64,000 bases of DNA from the human T2T-CHM13v2.0 reference genome, Homo sapiens, in NCBI RefSeq assembly GCF_009914755.1, contig NC_060933.1; one strand, 5' to 3'. How positions within the stretch are numbered: the stretch's first letter is position 1; each line of letters begins with the position of its first letter. Of this stretch, positions 1 to 13,924 are shown in pieces. The position numbers and the translations under genes were made by a program. Under the pieces are notes generated by a model. The model did no database searches. It saw only the letters and a program-made list of their open reading frames with translations, and was not told where the DNA came from.

Positions 1-144
1 AAGGGAAGGTAAGTGTACCTTCCATTAAACTGTTGTCCATGGCCTCTCCTGGGGAGAAGTAACTGGATTATCTGACTGGGATGTACTACTCTTAAATTTT
101 AAGGTAACCAATGCCTGTTATCCTCACTTGTGGATGCTAGTTGA

Positions 145-582
<438 letters not shown>

Positions 583-995
583 ATGACTATTTTCATTTTC
601 TAGCTAATTTTAAAATTTATTTTCTTTATATCTATCACTTTGCATCAGGTAACCATATTACTCAGTGATTAAGAAACAGATTAGATATTTAAAAATTCAT
701 TTGGAAAAATTATATTAATTTAGAAGATATTCTTATCATCATTTTACATGATGAGATCACTATTGTTATGATTTTCATCTACAAAAATATGTGCAACTTC
801 ACCAAACCTGTAAATATTAGAATTAGAACTAATTGTTCTAATTCCATGACCAATGTTCTTCCTGGGTGCTGGGCTGTTAAGGGTGACTTGTACTTTTCTT
901 ACTATAGGCCCAGTGGTTCTATTTCAAAACAACATCTGTGCCATGCATCAAGATATATATGGTGAGCCCTATACACACTTAAAATACATAAAATA

Positions 996-1320
<325 letters not shown>

Positions 1321-1625
1321 CTAAATTCATTCACAGTGAGTTCATCCAGCAAAAACTTGATACTAGAAGAGCTTCTCCATAAATAAAAAACTGCAGCTAT
1401 CACAACATAAAATACTCTTGGACTTCTGGCAGATAACTCTAATGCTTCCACCTGGAACTTCACTTAAAGGGCAAGGAACTTAAAGTACTGAACAGCAAGA
1501 CAAACTGCACCGAAGAGGAAATCCCACTTGGTATGCAAATATATTCACCATGTGGTTATCAAGATTTATAAATATGCTTTCCTATGTCTAAGGTCAAGTG
1601 GCTATTATACTCCAGAGTATTTTGT

Positions 1626-1936
1626 TTTTTGTTTTTTGGGGTTTTTTTTGACAGAGTCTCACTGTGTTACCCAGATTGGGGTTCAGTGGCATGATCTCGG
1701 CTCACTGCAACTTCCACCTCCCAGGTTCAAGAAATTGATTCTCCTGCCTCAGCCTCCAGAGTAGCTGGGACTACAGGCATGTGCCACCACACTTGACTGA
1801 TTGTTGTATTTTTAGTAGACAGGGGGTTTGCCATGTTGGCCAGACTGCTCTCGAACTCCTGGCCTAAAGTGATACACCTGCCTTGACCTCTCAAAGTTCT
1901 ATTTATTAAAACAGATGTGAGCCACTGCACCCAGCC
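1626..1936 (-). mobile_element. Alu (AluS/J-like)
   Basis: Reverse Alu; TSD cagagtattttgt at 1613-1625 and 1937-1949. Confidence 0.93.
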
Positions 1937-2561
1937 CAGAGTATTTTGTAATCTAACAAATACCCTATCTATACATTTACTATTTACAAGGTAGGAAAAG
2001 GAATACTGAGAGTAGTTCAGGTAGCAATATACCATTCTGGAATATTCATGCTGAAACAGGTTCTCATGGAGATTTCCATGAAATGGAAAAGAAAGTTCAG
2101 TTTCACCAGATGAGTAACAGAAATCCTGAAAGTACTGGAAATGTCTCTCTCCCTCATCATATATATTCTTCATATCCACCCCTTCCTCCTAATTTCTGAA
2201 ACTCTTTAAATGATCACCTTAACCATTATAGGTTAAATTCAGCTCACAAGTGGGTTTCTTTAAAATGCAAAGTCTAGCAAAGGATTAAATTATTACAAAT
2301 CAATCAGATATTGGTGAGAACTATTTAACTACATCATCTTATCAACTGACAAAAAGCACCGGTGAAATAGCAACATTTGAATTGGAAGGGAAAATGACTG
2401 TTAAGGAGGTAACCACAACAGTGTTCACTGCAGCATAGCTTACGATAGTGAAAAATCAGAAACACTAGATACTTATCCAAGGGAATATAGTAAATTATGA
2501 TTGATATGATTGATATTTCTGACAGAATGTTTTATAACTGTAAATATTAATGATTGGATTA

Positions 2562-2890
<329 letters not shown>

Positions 2891-2994
2891 AAAACACTGT
2901 TGAAAGGAAAAATAAATTGAAAGCGATTTTAAAAATTGTATTTTTGAACATTTAGGAAATCACTGAAAGCAATACCACAGAAGACTGCATAACA

Positions 2995-3280
2995 TTGGTG
3001 TGGTTAAAAGCATTAGCATATGATTAAGCCCACCAGCTCTGGAGTCAGAGGCCTGCTTTTGAACCCCATCTCTGCTACCTATTAGCTGTGTAATCTTGAG
3101 CAAGTTATTTAAGTTCTTGGTGTCTCAATTGTTGCATCTACAAAATAGAGATGATAATGGCACTTATTTTCAAGAGTCAAGGAAGGTTTATTTTCAAGAG
3201 TCAAGAAAAAGATGCATATAAATAACTTAGAACACTGCTGGTAAATACTAAGCGCTTAGTAAACATCAGTTATTATTCAC
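2995..3280 (+). mobile_element. MIR SINE
   Basis: ctctggagtcagag...agctgtgtaatcttgagcaagttattt...catctacaaaatagagatgataat...agcgcttagtaaa follows the MIR consensus. Confidence 0.8.
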
Positions 3281-4754
3281 TATTTATGGACATATAGATG
3301 CAGAAAATGTAATAATATCAACTGGAATTCATGATATCGAATACCTCTACGGAGAAAGGGAACACAAGGGCTGAGCAGAAAAACAAAGAGGACTTCACCT
3401 TTATTCTCTTTTATTAAAACAAAACAAATACATAAAACCAAAATGCAAATGATGATGATAGTTTTAAAGCCCGAATGTCAAAGAGCAGAAGCAACACAAA
3501 GGGCAACATGGGAAAGAGTCAAAACAAACTTTACAATTTCGACCACCTATGCCCTATTTTAATTGAGGCTCAGGCATAGGAAGGAAGCCAGATTAAGAAA
3601 GGTAAGAAGGAAAACTTCTTGCCTTGCAGAGCAGTTGGATCAACCCAAAAAGAAGGCTTCTGAGCAGGGCAGTAGAGCAAGCTTATCTGCACTCTAAGGC
3701 ATAAGCCAACTTCTCAGGGAGCCCAGGTTAGACAGAATACCACTAGTACCATCTGCTTAAAAAGAGTCAAGACTTGAAGAGTCTATTCAAACAAGAACAG
3801 GGCAGGTGATGGGGTTTGGCCGATACTGATTGCCTCTTGGACCTCAGTCTGCTATCACTCATAAGCAAAGATCCAAAGAGGTTATAGGTAGCCTGAGAAA
3901 CATCTGGCAGCTGATGTCAAACAGCTCAGTCTCTGAGAGCCTGCTTTTCAGGAATACAGAAGCATCCAGAGAGGAATGAGTTGAAGACCAGATACTAAAC
4001 AGCCATGAAATCATGGTCAAAGTGGGAAGAGCTGCAAGGCGGACAAAAGCCTGAAACACTGACGTACAGCTACAGCTACAGAAGCCTTCTATTTGCCCTT
4101 CATGGTGCCAGATTGTGTCTGGAGCTTGGTGAGAGATTAAATTAACACAACTGGAGGAAGTCAGGTGCAAGTCCCAGGCAGTTTCCATAAGACAGTAGCT
4201 CAGAAAGAGAGGTTGCTGCTCCCCCAAATCCCAAGTTCATTCTTCCTTTTACCATTACTCCTCTCTCCCTACAGTTCTCCATCCATCAGGGGGACTGACA
4301 TTGTGTGGAAAGAGCTGAGGTTGTTTTGAGAACTCCTGTCTAGAATTTGAACCTATTATTTTATCTTTTTATGTCTCAATGTCTTTATTTCTATAACTGG
4401 GAATATAGTATCTATGTTAAGAAGATGTTGTAAGGATCAATCACAATGATGTGCTTAAGAAGTTTGGAGAGACGGCTGAATAGGAACAGCTCTGGTCTGC
4501 AACTCCCAGTGAGATCAATGCAGAAGGCAGGTGATTTCTGCATTTCCAACTGAGATACCCGGTTCATCTCATTGGGACTGGTTGGACAGTGGGTGCAGCC
4601 CACGGAGGGCAAGCCAAAGCAGGGTGGGGCATCGCCTCATCCAGGAAGCACAAGGGGTTTTCCCTTTCCTAGCCAAGGGAAGCCATGAGAGACGGTACCA
4701 GGAGAAATGGTGCAATCCAGCACAGATATTGCGCTTTTCCCACGGTCTTCGCAA

Positions 4755-4916
4755 TCAGCAGACCAGGAGATTCCCTCCGGTGCCTGGCTTAGCAGGTACC
4801 ACCCCCACGAAGCCCAGCAAGCTAAGATCCACTGGTTTGAAATTCTCACTGGTGGCACAGCAGTCTGAGGTTGACCTGGGATGCTCGAGTTTGGTGGGAG
4901 GAGGGGCGTCCTCCAT
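4755..4916 (-). pseudogene. L1 antisense ORF0 homologue, 53 aa
   Basis: MEDAPPPTKLEHPRSTSDCCATS...GVVPAKPGTGGNLLVC resembles ORF0 (MAGAPPPASLPPCSLISDCCASN...) at the expected 5'UTR position; gccATGG Kozak context. Confidence 0.7.
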
Positions 4917-5616
4917 GGCTGAGGCTTCAGTAGGTGGTTTTACTCTCACAGTGTAAACAATGCCTCTGGGAAGTTCGAACTGGGCAGAGCCCACCACAGC
5001 TCAGCAAGGCTGACTGCCTCTCCAGATTCCTCCTCTCTGGGCAGGGCATCTCTGAAAGAAAGGCAGCAGCCCCAGTCAGAGACTTATAGATAAAACCCCC
5101 ATCTCCCTGGACAGAGCACCTGGGGGAAGGGGCGGCTGTGGGTGCAGCTTCAGCAGACTCAAACATCCCTGCCTGACAGCTCTGAAGAGAGCAGCAATTC
5201 TCCCAGTACAGCGTTTGAGCTCCGATAAGGGACAGACTGCCTTCTCAAGTGGGTCCCTGACCCCCCTGTATCCTGACTGGGACACACCTCCCAATAGGGG
5301 CCAACAGACACCTCATACAGGAGAGCTCTGGCTGGCATCTGGGGTGCGGTGCCCCTCTGGGACAAAGCTTCCAGAGGAAGGAACAGGTAGCAATCTTTCC
5401 TGTTCTGCAGCCTCCGCTGGTGATACCCAGGCAAACAGGGTCTGGAGTGGACCTCCAGCAAACTCCAGCAGACCTGTAGCAGAGGGGCCTGACTGTTAGA
5501 AAAGAAACTAAAAAACAGAAAGGAATAGTATCAACATCAACAAAAACGATGTCCACTCAGAGACCCCATCCAAAGGTCACCAACATCAAAGACCAAAGGT
5601 AGATAAATTCACGAAG

Positions 5617-6648
5617 ATGGGGAGATGGGAAGATGGGGAGAAACCAGCACAAAAGGCTGAAAATTCCAAAAACCACAATGCCTCTTCTCCACCAAAGGAT
5701 CGCAACTCCTCACCAGCAAGGGAACAAAATTGGACAGAGAATGAGTTTGATGAATTAACAAAAGTAGGCTTCAGAAGGTGGGTAATAACAAACTCCTCTG
5801 AGCTAAAGGAGCATGTTCTAACCCAATGCAAGGAAGCTAAGAACCTGGAAAAAAGGTTAGACAAATTGCTAACTAGAATAACCAGTTTAAGGAAGAACAT
5901 AAGTAACCTGATGCTGCTGAAAAACACAGCATGAGAACTTCGTGAAGCATACACAAGTATCAATAGGCGAATCGATCAAGTGGAAGAAAAGATATCAGAG
6001 ATTGAAGATCAACTCAATGAAATAAAGTGAGAAGACAAGATTAGAGAAAAAAGAGTGAAAAGAAATGAACAAAGCCTCCAAGAAATATGGGAGTATGTGA
6101 AAAGACCAAATCTACGTTTGATTGGTGTACCTGAAAGTTACATGGAGAATGGAAACAAGTTGGAAAACACTCTTCAGGATATTATCTATCCAGGAGAACT
6201 TCCCCAACCTAGCAAGGCAGGCCAGCATTCAAATTCAGGAAATACAGAGAATGCCACAAAGAGATTCCTCGAGAAGAGCAACCCCAAGACAAATAATCAT
6301 CAGATTCACCAAGGTTGAAATGAAGGAAAAAATGTTAAGGGCAGCCAGAGAGAAAGGTTGGGTTACCCACAAAGGGAAGCCCATCAGACTAACAGTGGAT
6401 CTCTCAGCAGAAACCCTACAAGGCAGAAAAGAGTGGGGGCCAATATTCAACATTCTTAAAGAAAAGAATTTTCAACCCAGAATTTCATATCCAGCCAAAC
6501 TAAGCTATAAGAGAAGGAAAAATAAAATTGTTTACAGATCAGCAAATTCTGAGATATTTTGTCACCACCAGGCCTGCCTTACAAGAGCTCCTGAAGGAAG
6601 CACTAAACATGGGAAGGAACAACACTGCAAAAACATACCCAAGTGTAA
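5617..6648 (+). pseudogene. L1 ORF1p, disrupted
   Basis: ENEFDELT, LQEIWEYVKRPNLRLIGVPE and QENFPNLARQA peptides split over frames by stops and frameshifts. Confidence 0.95.
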
Positions 6649-6711
6649 AGACCATCGATGCTATGAAGAAACTGCATCAACTAACGGGCAAAATAACCAG
6701 CTAGCATCATA

Positions 6712-9700
6712 ATGACAGGATCAAATTCACACATAACAATATTAACCTTAAATGTAAATGGGCTAAATGTCCCAATTAAAAGACACAGGTTGGAAGATTG
6801 GATAATAAGTCAAGACCCATCCGTGTGCTGTATTCATGAGACACATCTCACGTACAAAGACACACATAGGCTCAAAATAAAGGGACGGAGGAATATTTAC
6901 CAAGCAAATGGAAAGCAAAAAAAATAAAATAAAATAAACCAGGGGTTGCAATCCTAGTCTCTGATAAAACAGACTTTAAACCAACAAAGATCAAAAGAGA
7001 CAAAGAAGGCCATTACATAATGGTAAAGGGATCAATGCAACAAGAAAAGCTAACTATCCTAAACATATATGCACCCAATACAGGAGCACCCAGATTCACA
7101 AAGTAAGTTCTTAGAGACCTAAAAAGAGACTTAGACTCCCACACAATAATACTGGGAGACTTTAACACCCCAATGTCAATCTTAGACAGATCAACAAGAC
7201 AGAAAATTAACAAGGATATCCAGGACCTGAACTCAGCTCTGGACCAAGCAGACCTAATAGACATCTACAGAACTCTCCACTCCAAATCAACAGAATATAC
7301 ATTCTTCTCAGCACCACATCACATTTATTCTAAAATTGACCACATAATTGGAAGTAAAACACTCCTCAGCAAATGCAAAAGAACCGAAATTATAACAAAC
7401 AGTCTTTCAGACCAGAGTGCAATCAAATGAGAACTCAGGATTAAGAAACTCACTCAAAACCGCACAACTACATGGAAACTGAACAACCTGCTCCTGAATG
7501 ACTACTGGGTACATAATGAAATGAAGGCAGAAATAAAGATGTTCTTTGAAACCAATGAGAACAAAGACACAACATACCAGAATCTCTGGGACACATTTAA
7601 AGCAGTGTGTAGAAGGAAATTTATAGCTCTAAATGCCCACAAAAGAAAGCAGGAAAGATCTAAAATCGACGCCTTAACATCACAATTAAAAGAACTAGAG
7701 AAGCAAGAGCAAAGAAATTCAAAACCTAACAGAACACAAGAAATAACTAAGATCAGAGCAGAACTGAAGGAGATAGAGACACAAAAACCCTTCAAAAAAT
7801 CAGTGAATCCAGGAGCTGGTTTTTTTGAAAAGATCAACAAAATACATAGACCACTAGCAGGACTAATAAAGAGGAAAAAAGAGAAGAATCAAATAGATGC
7901 AAGAAAAAATGATAAAGGGGATATCACCACTGATACCACAGAAATACAAACTACCATCAGAGAATACTATAAACACTTCTATGCAAATAAACTAGAACAT
8001 CTAGAATAAATGGATAAATTCCTGGACACATACACCCTCCCAAGACTAAACCAGGAAGAAGCTGAATCGCTGAATAGATCAATAACAAGTGCTGAAATTG
8101 AGGCAGTAATTAATAGCCTACCAACCAAAAAAAGTCCTGGACCAGACAGATGCACAGCTGAATTCTACCAGAGGTTCAAAGAGGAGCTGGTACCATTCCT
8201 TCTGAAACTATTCCAAAAAATAGAAAAAGACGGACTCCTCCCTGACTCATTTTGTGAGGCCAGCATCATCCTGCTACCAAAACCTGGCAGAGATACAATA
8301 AAAAAATAAAATTTCAGGCCAATATTCTTGATGAACATCAATGCAAAAACCTTCAATAAAATACTGGCAAACTGAATCCAGCAGCACATCAAAAAGCTTA
8401 TCCACCACAAACAAGCCGGCTTCATCCCTGGGATGCAAGACTGGTTCAACATATGCAAGTCAATAAACATAATCCATCACATAAACAGAACCAATGACAA
8501 AAACCACACGATTATCTCAATAGATGCAGAAATGGTCTTTGACAAAATTCAACAACCCTTCATGCTAAAAACTCTCAATAAACTAGTTATTGATGGAATG
8601 TATCTCAAAATAATAAGAACTATTTATGAGAAACCCATAACCAATATCATACTGAATGGGCAAAAACTGGAAGCATTCCCTTTGAAAACCAGCACAAGGC
8701 AATGATGTCCTCTCTCACCACTCCTATTCAACATAGTATTGGAAGTTCTGGCCGGGCAATCAGGCAAGAGAAAGAAATAAAGGGTATTCAATTAGGAAAA
8801 GAGTAAGTCAAATTGTCTCTGGTTGCAGATTGTATACAGACATGATTGTATATTTTGAAAATCCCATCATCTCAGGCCAAAATCTGCTTAAGCAGATAAG
8901 CGAATTCAGAAAATTCTCAGGATACAAAATCAGTGTGCAATAATCACAAGCATTCCTATACACCAATAACAGACAAACACAGAGCCAAATCATGAGTGAA
9001 CTCCCATTCACAATTGCTACAAAGAGAATAAAATACTTAAGAATACAACTTACAAGGGATATGAAGGGCCTCTTCAAGGAGAACTACAAACCACTGCTCA
9101 AGGACATAAGACGGGACACAAATAGAAAAACATTCCATTCTCAGGGATAGGAAGAATCAATATCGTGAAAATGGCCATACTGCCCACACTAATTTATAGA
9201 TTTGATGCTATACCCATCAAGCTACCAATTACTTTCTTCACGCAATTAGAAAAAACTACTTTAAATTTCATATGGAACCAAAAAAGAGCCCGCATAGTCA
9301 AGACAATCCTAAGCAAAAAGAACAAAGCTGGAGGCATCACGCTACCTGACTTCAAACTATACTACAAGGCTACGGTAACAAAAACAGCATGGTACTGGTA
9401 CCAAAACAGATATGTAGACCAATGGAACAGAACAGAGGCCTCAGAAATAACACCACACATCTACAACCATCTGATCTTTGACAAACCTGACAAAAACAAG
9501 CAATGGGGAAAGGATTCCCTGTTTAATAAATAGTGTTGGGAAAACTGATTAGCCATATGCAGAAAGCTGAAACCAGATCCCTTCCTTACACCTTATACAA
9601 AAATTAACTCAAGATAAATTAAAGACTTAAATGTAAGACCTAAAACCATAAAAACCCTAGAAGAAAACCTAGGCAATACCATTCAGGACATAGGCATGGG

Positions 9701-10550
9701 CAAAGACTACATGACTAAAACACCAAAAGCAATGGCAACAAAAGCCAAAATAGACAAATGGGATCTAATTAAACTAAAGAGCTTCTGCACAGCAAAAGAA
9801 ACTATCATCAGATTGAACAGGCAACCTACAGAATGGGAGACAAATTTTGCAATCTATCCATCTGACAAAGGGCTAATATTCAGAATCTACAAAGAACTTA
9901 AACAAATTTACAAGAAAAAAAAAACCCATCAAAAATTGGCTGAAGGATATGAACACACACTTCTCAAAAGAAGACATTTATGCAGCCAACAAACATATGA
10001 AATAAAGCTCATCATCACTGGTCATTAGAGAAATGCAAATCAAAATCACAATGAAATACCATCTTATGCCAGTTAGAATGGCGATCACTAAAACGTCAGG
10101 AACCAACAGATGCTGGAGAGGATGTGGAGAAATAGGAACACTGTTACACTGTTGGTGGGAGTGTAAATTAGTTCAACCATTGTGGAAGACGGTGCGGCAA
10201 TTCCTCAAGGATCTAGAACTAGAAATACCACTTGACCCACAATCCCATTACTGGGTATATACCCAAAGGATTATAAATCATTCTACTATAAAGACACATG
10301 CATACGTATGTTTATTGTGGCACCATTCACAATAGCAAAGACTTGGAACCAACCCAAATCCCCATTAGTGATATACTGGATAAAGACAATGTGGCACATA
10401 TACACCATGGAATACTATGCAGCCATAAAAAAGGATGAGCTCATGTCCTTTGCAGGGACATAGATGAAGCTGGAAACTATCATTCTCAGCAAACTAACAC
10501 AAGAACAGGAAACCAAACACGGCATGTTCTCATTCATCAGTGGGAATTGA
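6712..10550 (+). pseudogene. L1 ORF2p (endonuclease/reverse transcriptase), disrupted
   Basis: MTGSNSHITILTLNVNGLN start, [50 protein letters not shown]; many stops and frameshifts. Confidence 0.96.
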
Positions 10551-11718
10551 ACAATGAGAACACATAGACACAGGGAGGGGAACATCACACACCTGGGCCT
10601 GTCACCGGCGGGGGGGAGTGGAGGGAGGGATAGCATTGGGAGAAATACCTAATGGAGGTGACGGGGTGATGGTTGCAGCAAACCACCATGGCACATGTAT
10701 ACCTATGTAACAAGCTTGCACTTTCTGCACATGTACCCCAGAACTTAAAGTATAATTGAAAAAAAAAAAAGAAGTTTAGCCTAGGGTCTGGTAGCATCCA
10801 TCACTCCTAGCACTCACTCACTTAGTAGGCATTCAATAAATATTTGCTTAACTAATTATTCCAAAGTAATGCTAATTAAGTTGTAGTCTCTAAGTGGATG
10901 ATTACTAGTAAAAATATCTGAGCTAATCCAAGTGTCTTTTGTTTTTTCACATGTAAGGATTAGTTGTTAAGAATAAATCATTTTAATACCAGGGCTTCCA
11001 TGGCTAGCCTTTTACCTTGTGACACTTACCTTGAAATATGTACTCTGTTTGCTGTATTGTCTTATTTGTCATTTTTAATGACTGACCTCATGAGTGGAGC
11101 AGCAGAACCTCATGTTACTACCCCTCTTGGTCATATGGAACGTGGGAACAGGGGTCTAGGTTTTGACAAGGATGGCCAGACACTTAGTGACCCACATAGC
11201 ATAAAGGTTCACACATCCAGAGTATCAGTTTTCACAACTAGGCCACAGAATCCACTACTTCTGATATTTTATGTTTGCTAGTTTCCCTGTTATCACCCAG
11301 AATTCATATATTTTCAGTCCCTGCTTATACATGTATTCTCAACCAGAAACATCCACAATTAGAACTAAGTGAACATACTTTCAAGGGACATTTCTAACTA
11401 AGTGGTCTCCAAATGCCTTGACTGCAAATCCAATTAGAAAAAGAAGCAGCTCTAACATATGCATGCTTGTATTATACATACATACATACACATTATGTAT
11501 ATATATGTATGTATACATTACATACATATACACTACGATTAAACTTCAACACACGTTATTTTGTGTCAGTAAAGGTGGAGGTAAAACCTCATTTCAATAA
11601 ATTCTCTTTATGATTTTTTAAATTAATTGGCAATCTTCTTGACAGACATAATTAGATAACAATTATTTTTACTTCCTGGCATAGTTGCCAAAAAGCTACT
11701 GCTAGGACTACAGCTCTG

Positions 11719-11720
<2 letters not shown>

Positions 11721-11762
<42 letters not shown>
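11721..11762 (+). repeat. (GT)n microsatellite, about 21 units
   Basis: Perfect dinucleotide run. Confidence 0.98.
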
Positions 11763-11764
<2 letters not shown>

Positions 11765-12049
11765 CAGTCCTTTAGGTTCTGGGGTACATGTGCAGAACAT
11801 GCAGGTTTGTTACATAGATATACACGTGCCATAGTGGTTTGCTGCACCCATCAACCTGTCATCTACTTTAGGTATTTCTCCTAATGCTATCCCTCCCCTA
11901 GCTCCCCACCCCCTGATAGGCCCCGGTGTGTGATGTTCCCCTCCCTATGTCCATGTGTTCTCATTGTTCAACTCCCACTTATGATTGAGAACATGTGGTG
12001 TTTGGTTTTCTGTTCTTGTGTTAGTTTGCTGAGAATGATGGTTTCCAGC
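11765..12049 (-). mobile_element. 5'-truncated L1PA (PA7-like) 3' end
   Basis: Reverse of L1 3'UTR (ggggtacatgtgcagaacatgcaggtttgttaca); minus peptide LETIILSKLTQEQKTKHHMFS. Confidence 0.93.
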
Positions 12050-13425
12050 GTGTGTTTTTTAATTGTTTGTATTTTTCTACTATTTTTCAATCCATGCATT
12101 TGTTTAAGACTTTTCCATTTTGTAAAGTATTGTGTGCTTAGAATTAATAAACAAACAAGCAGGCTAAACATTGAGTCAATCCCTCCATACTGTGGTGCTC
12201 CTGTCTTATTTCAGAGTAGTATCTCATGAACGGTGTGTGACAATGTACAGTGACCAAATGGGTGTGCCAGTTCCAATCCACATATTAAACACTAATGAAA
12301 CTTAAGTTATTTTTTTATTTTAGATAAAAATTGAAAGAGAAGTTCTAGTGTTTCCTTCCCACACCCTAATGGATCATCCCACTCACTCACTGGCTCTACT
12401 TTTCCTGTTTAGAGACTACTGGCATGAATGTTTTTCTAAAGTAATACACACTTCAGTAGTATGAAAATTGTTTTGGGAACCATACAAATACCATATGGGA
12501 GGGAATCCACTTAAAAAAGTATCTAATAAGAATCTCAAATGGAAGAAATTCTGAATTGTACAAGTAAACATGTCTAAATGTGCTTATGAAGCACATGGAC
12601 TATGCACATGAGCAAAGAGAAGCCAGGAAGAATAATGTTGACTTCGGCCTCATCATTAATGGAAAAAAACAAGAAGAAGTTTTCCTGGGACAGCAGAAAT
12701 CAGAAACCTCTTTGAACATCTCCATATACATCATATTTAGAATGATATGTTGGTTCAACAAGCTTTGCTTTGGCCTTTTACGTGAGACATTGTGTGATAT
12801 TTATGATGTATTTGCACCTGATCTGTTTATCAATGTCATCCTCCTCAAACCAGACCTAGCTGCACTGACTCATGATTTTCACAAAAGTGATGGTAGAATG
12901 ATAGATGGAGCCCAACCAAAGAAAACTCAATCACTATCTCTGCTGCCATTTTTCAATGAGAGAAGCCAGCTCCAAAAGAGCCATTGCAACCAGATCCTGA
13001 ATCTACTAGAAAGTAATGTTTCATTCATTACAGTATTGCCTTGAATCATTTTGCTGATTTGGAAAGGAAATTTATAAACAACCAACTGACACAAATTCTT
13101 ATTCTTTAAATCCTTTCCCTAAGAATACTTTATTTACATTTTGGGGAAATGAACACCGTACATTGCAAAATTCATATTTTCCACCTCATCCCCACTCTTT
13201 CTGGTTTTAAAGAAAGAATAAAATATATTTCAGTGTTCTACATCTACTTGGATACATTTATGAATACCTGTAAGGAATATCTGTGGCATATATTTCCCTA
13301 TTTAAATTCTATTTTCCATGTCTAAAAAACTCAGCTGTGGTAAAGAGTTAGTAAGTTTGTGGGAAAGCCAGGTAATATTTTTAGAAAAATAGAAACGCTG
13401 TAGGTTATTAATGAAGTAGTAGTAG

Positions 13426-13445
13426 TGTGTGTGTGTGTGTGTGTG
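13426..13445 (+). repeat. (GT)n microsatellite
   Basis: Short dinucleotide run. Confidence 0.9.
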
Positions 13446-13924
13446 GTACATGGGAACAATGTACAACAACTTGGTGTTATTAGAGAATATTTACCTTCGA
13501 GTTAATACATAGTTAGAAATGAGTTAGCCTCTTTGGATGTTAGTTAAGCTACAGATTGCCAGAATTAAGACTGTCCTTCTGTTAAACCATAAAATGGACA
13601 TAAATGAATCAGAGCAGAAAGAAATGCCAAATCATCTAAGAGATAAAGTAATCCTCAGACTAGAACAATACTGATGATATTAACATAACCAGAAAATATA
13701 ATATGTCCAAATGAATGAACCTTGGTCAATGCAGAATTTTAAGTAAATATAATCACAGAAATATATTTTCAATTCCTTTCTTCATTGTTCAGGATAGATG
13801 TAACCAGGCAAATTTGAGCAAAACATTACTGTAGGCGGAGAATGTTTCTGTTGCAAGGATAGACACAGTCAAAAGAGCTGATGTCTCAAAGATTTTATTC
13901 AGCAGCCTACTTGCCCACCCTTGA

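Larger units (their letters stand above)
4466..10768 (+). mobile_element. Full-length LINE-1, L1PA7-like, inactive
   Basis: 5'UTR gaataggaacagctc..., ORF1 and ORF2 remnants, 3'UTR with G-rich tract, poly(A); TSD aagaagttt at 4457-4465 and 10769-10777. Confidence 0.97.

Noticed and set aside
3859-4227. 122-aa minus-strand ORF
   Set aside because: Non-ATG start, no protein family resemblance, no exon signals
4466-10768. Retrotransposition-competent L1
   Set aside because: Numerous stops and frameshifts in both ORFs; the same applies to the L1 at 59501
12580-13044. 154-aa + strand ORF in non-repeat sequence
   Set aside because: GTG start, no recognisable domain, no convincing splice boundaries; one such ORF in 64 kb is plausible by chance. 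A PhyloCSF or BLASTp hit would reverse this
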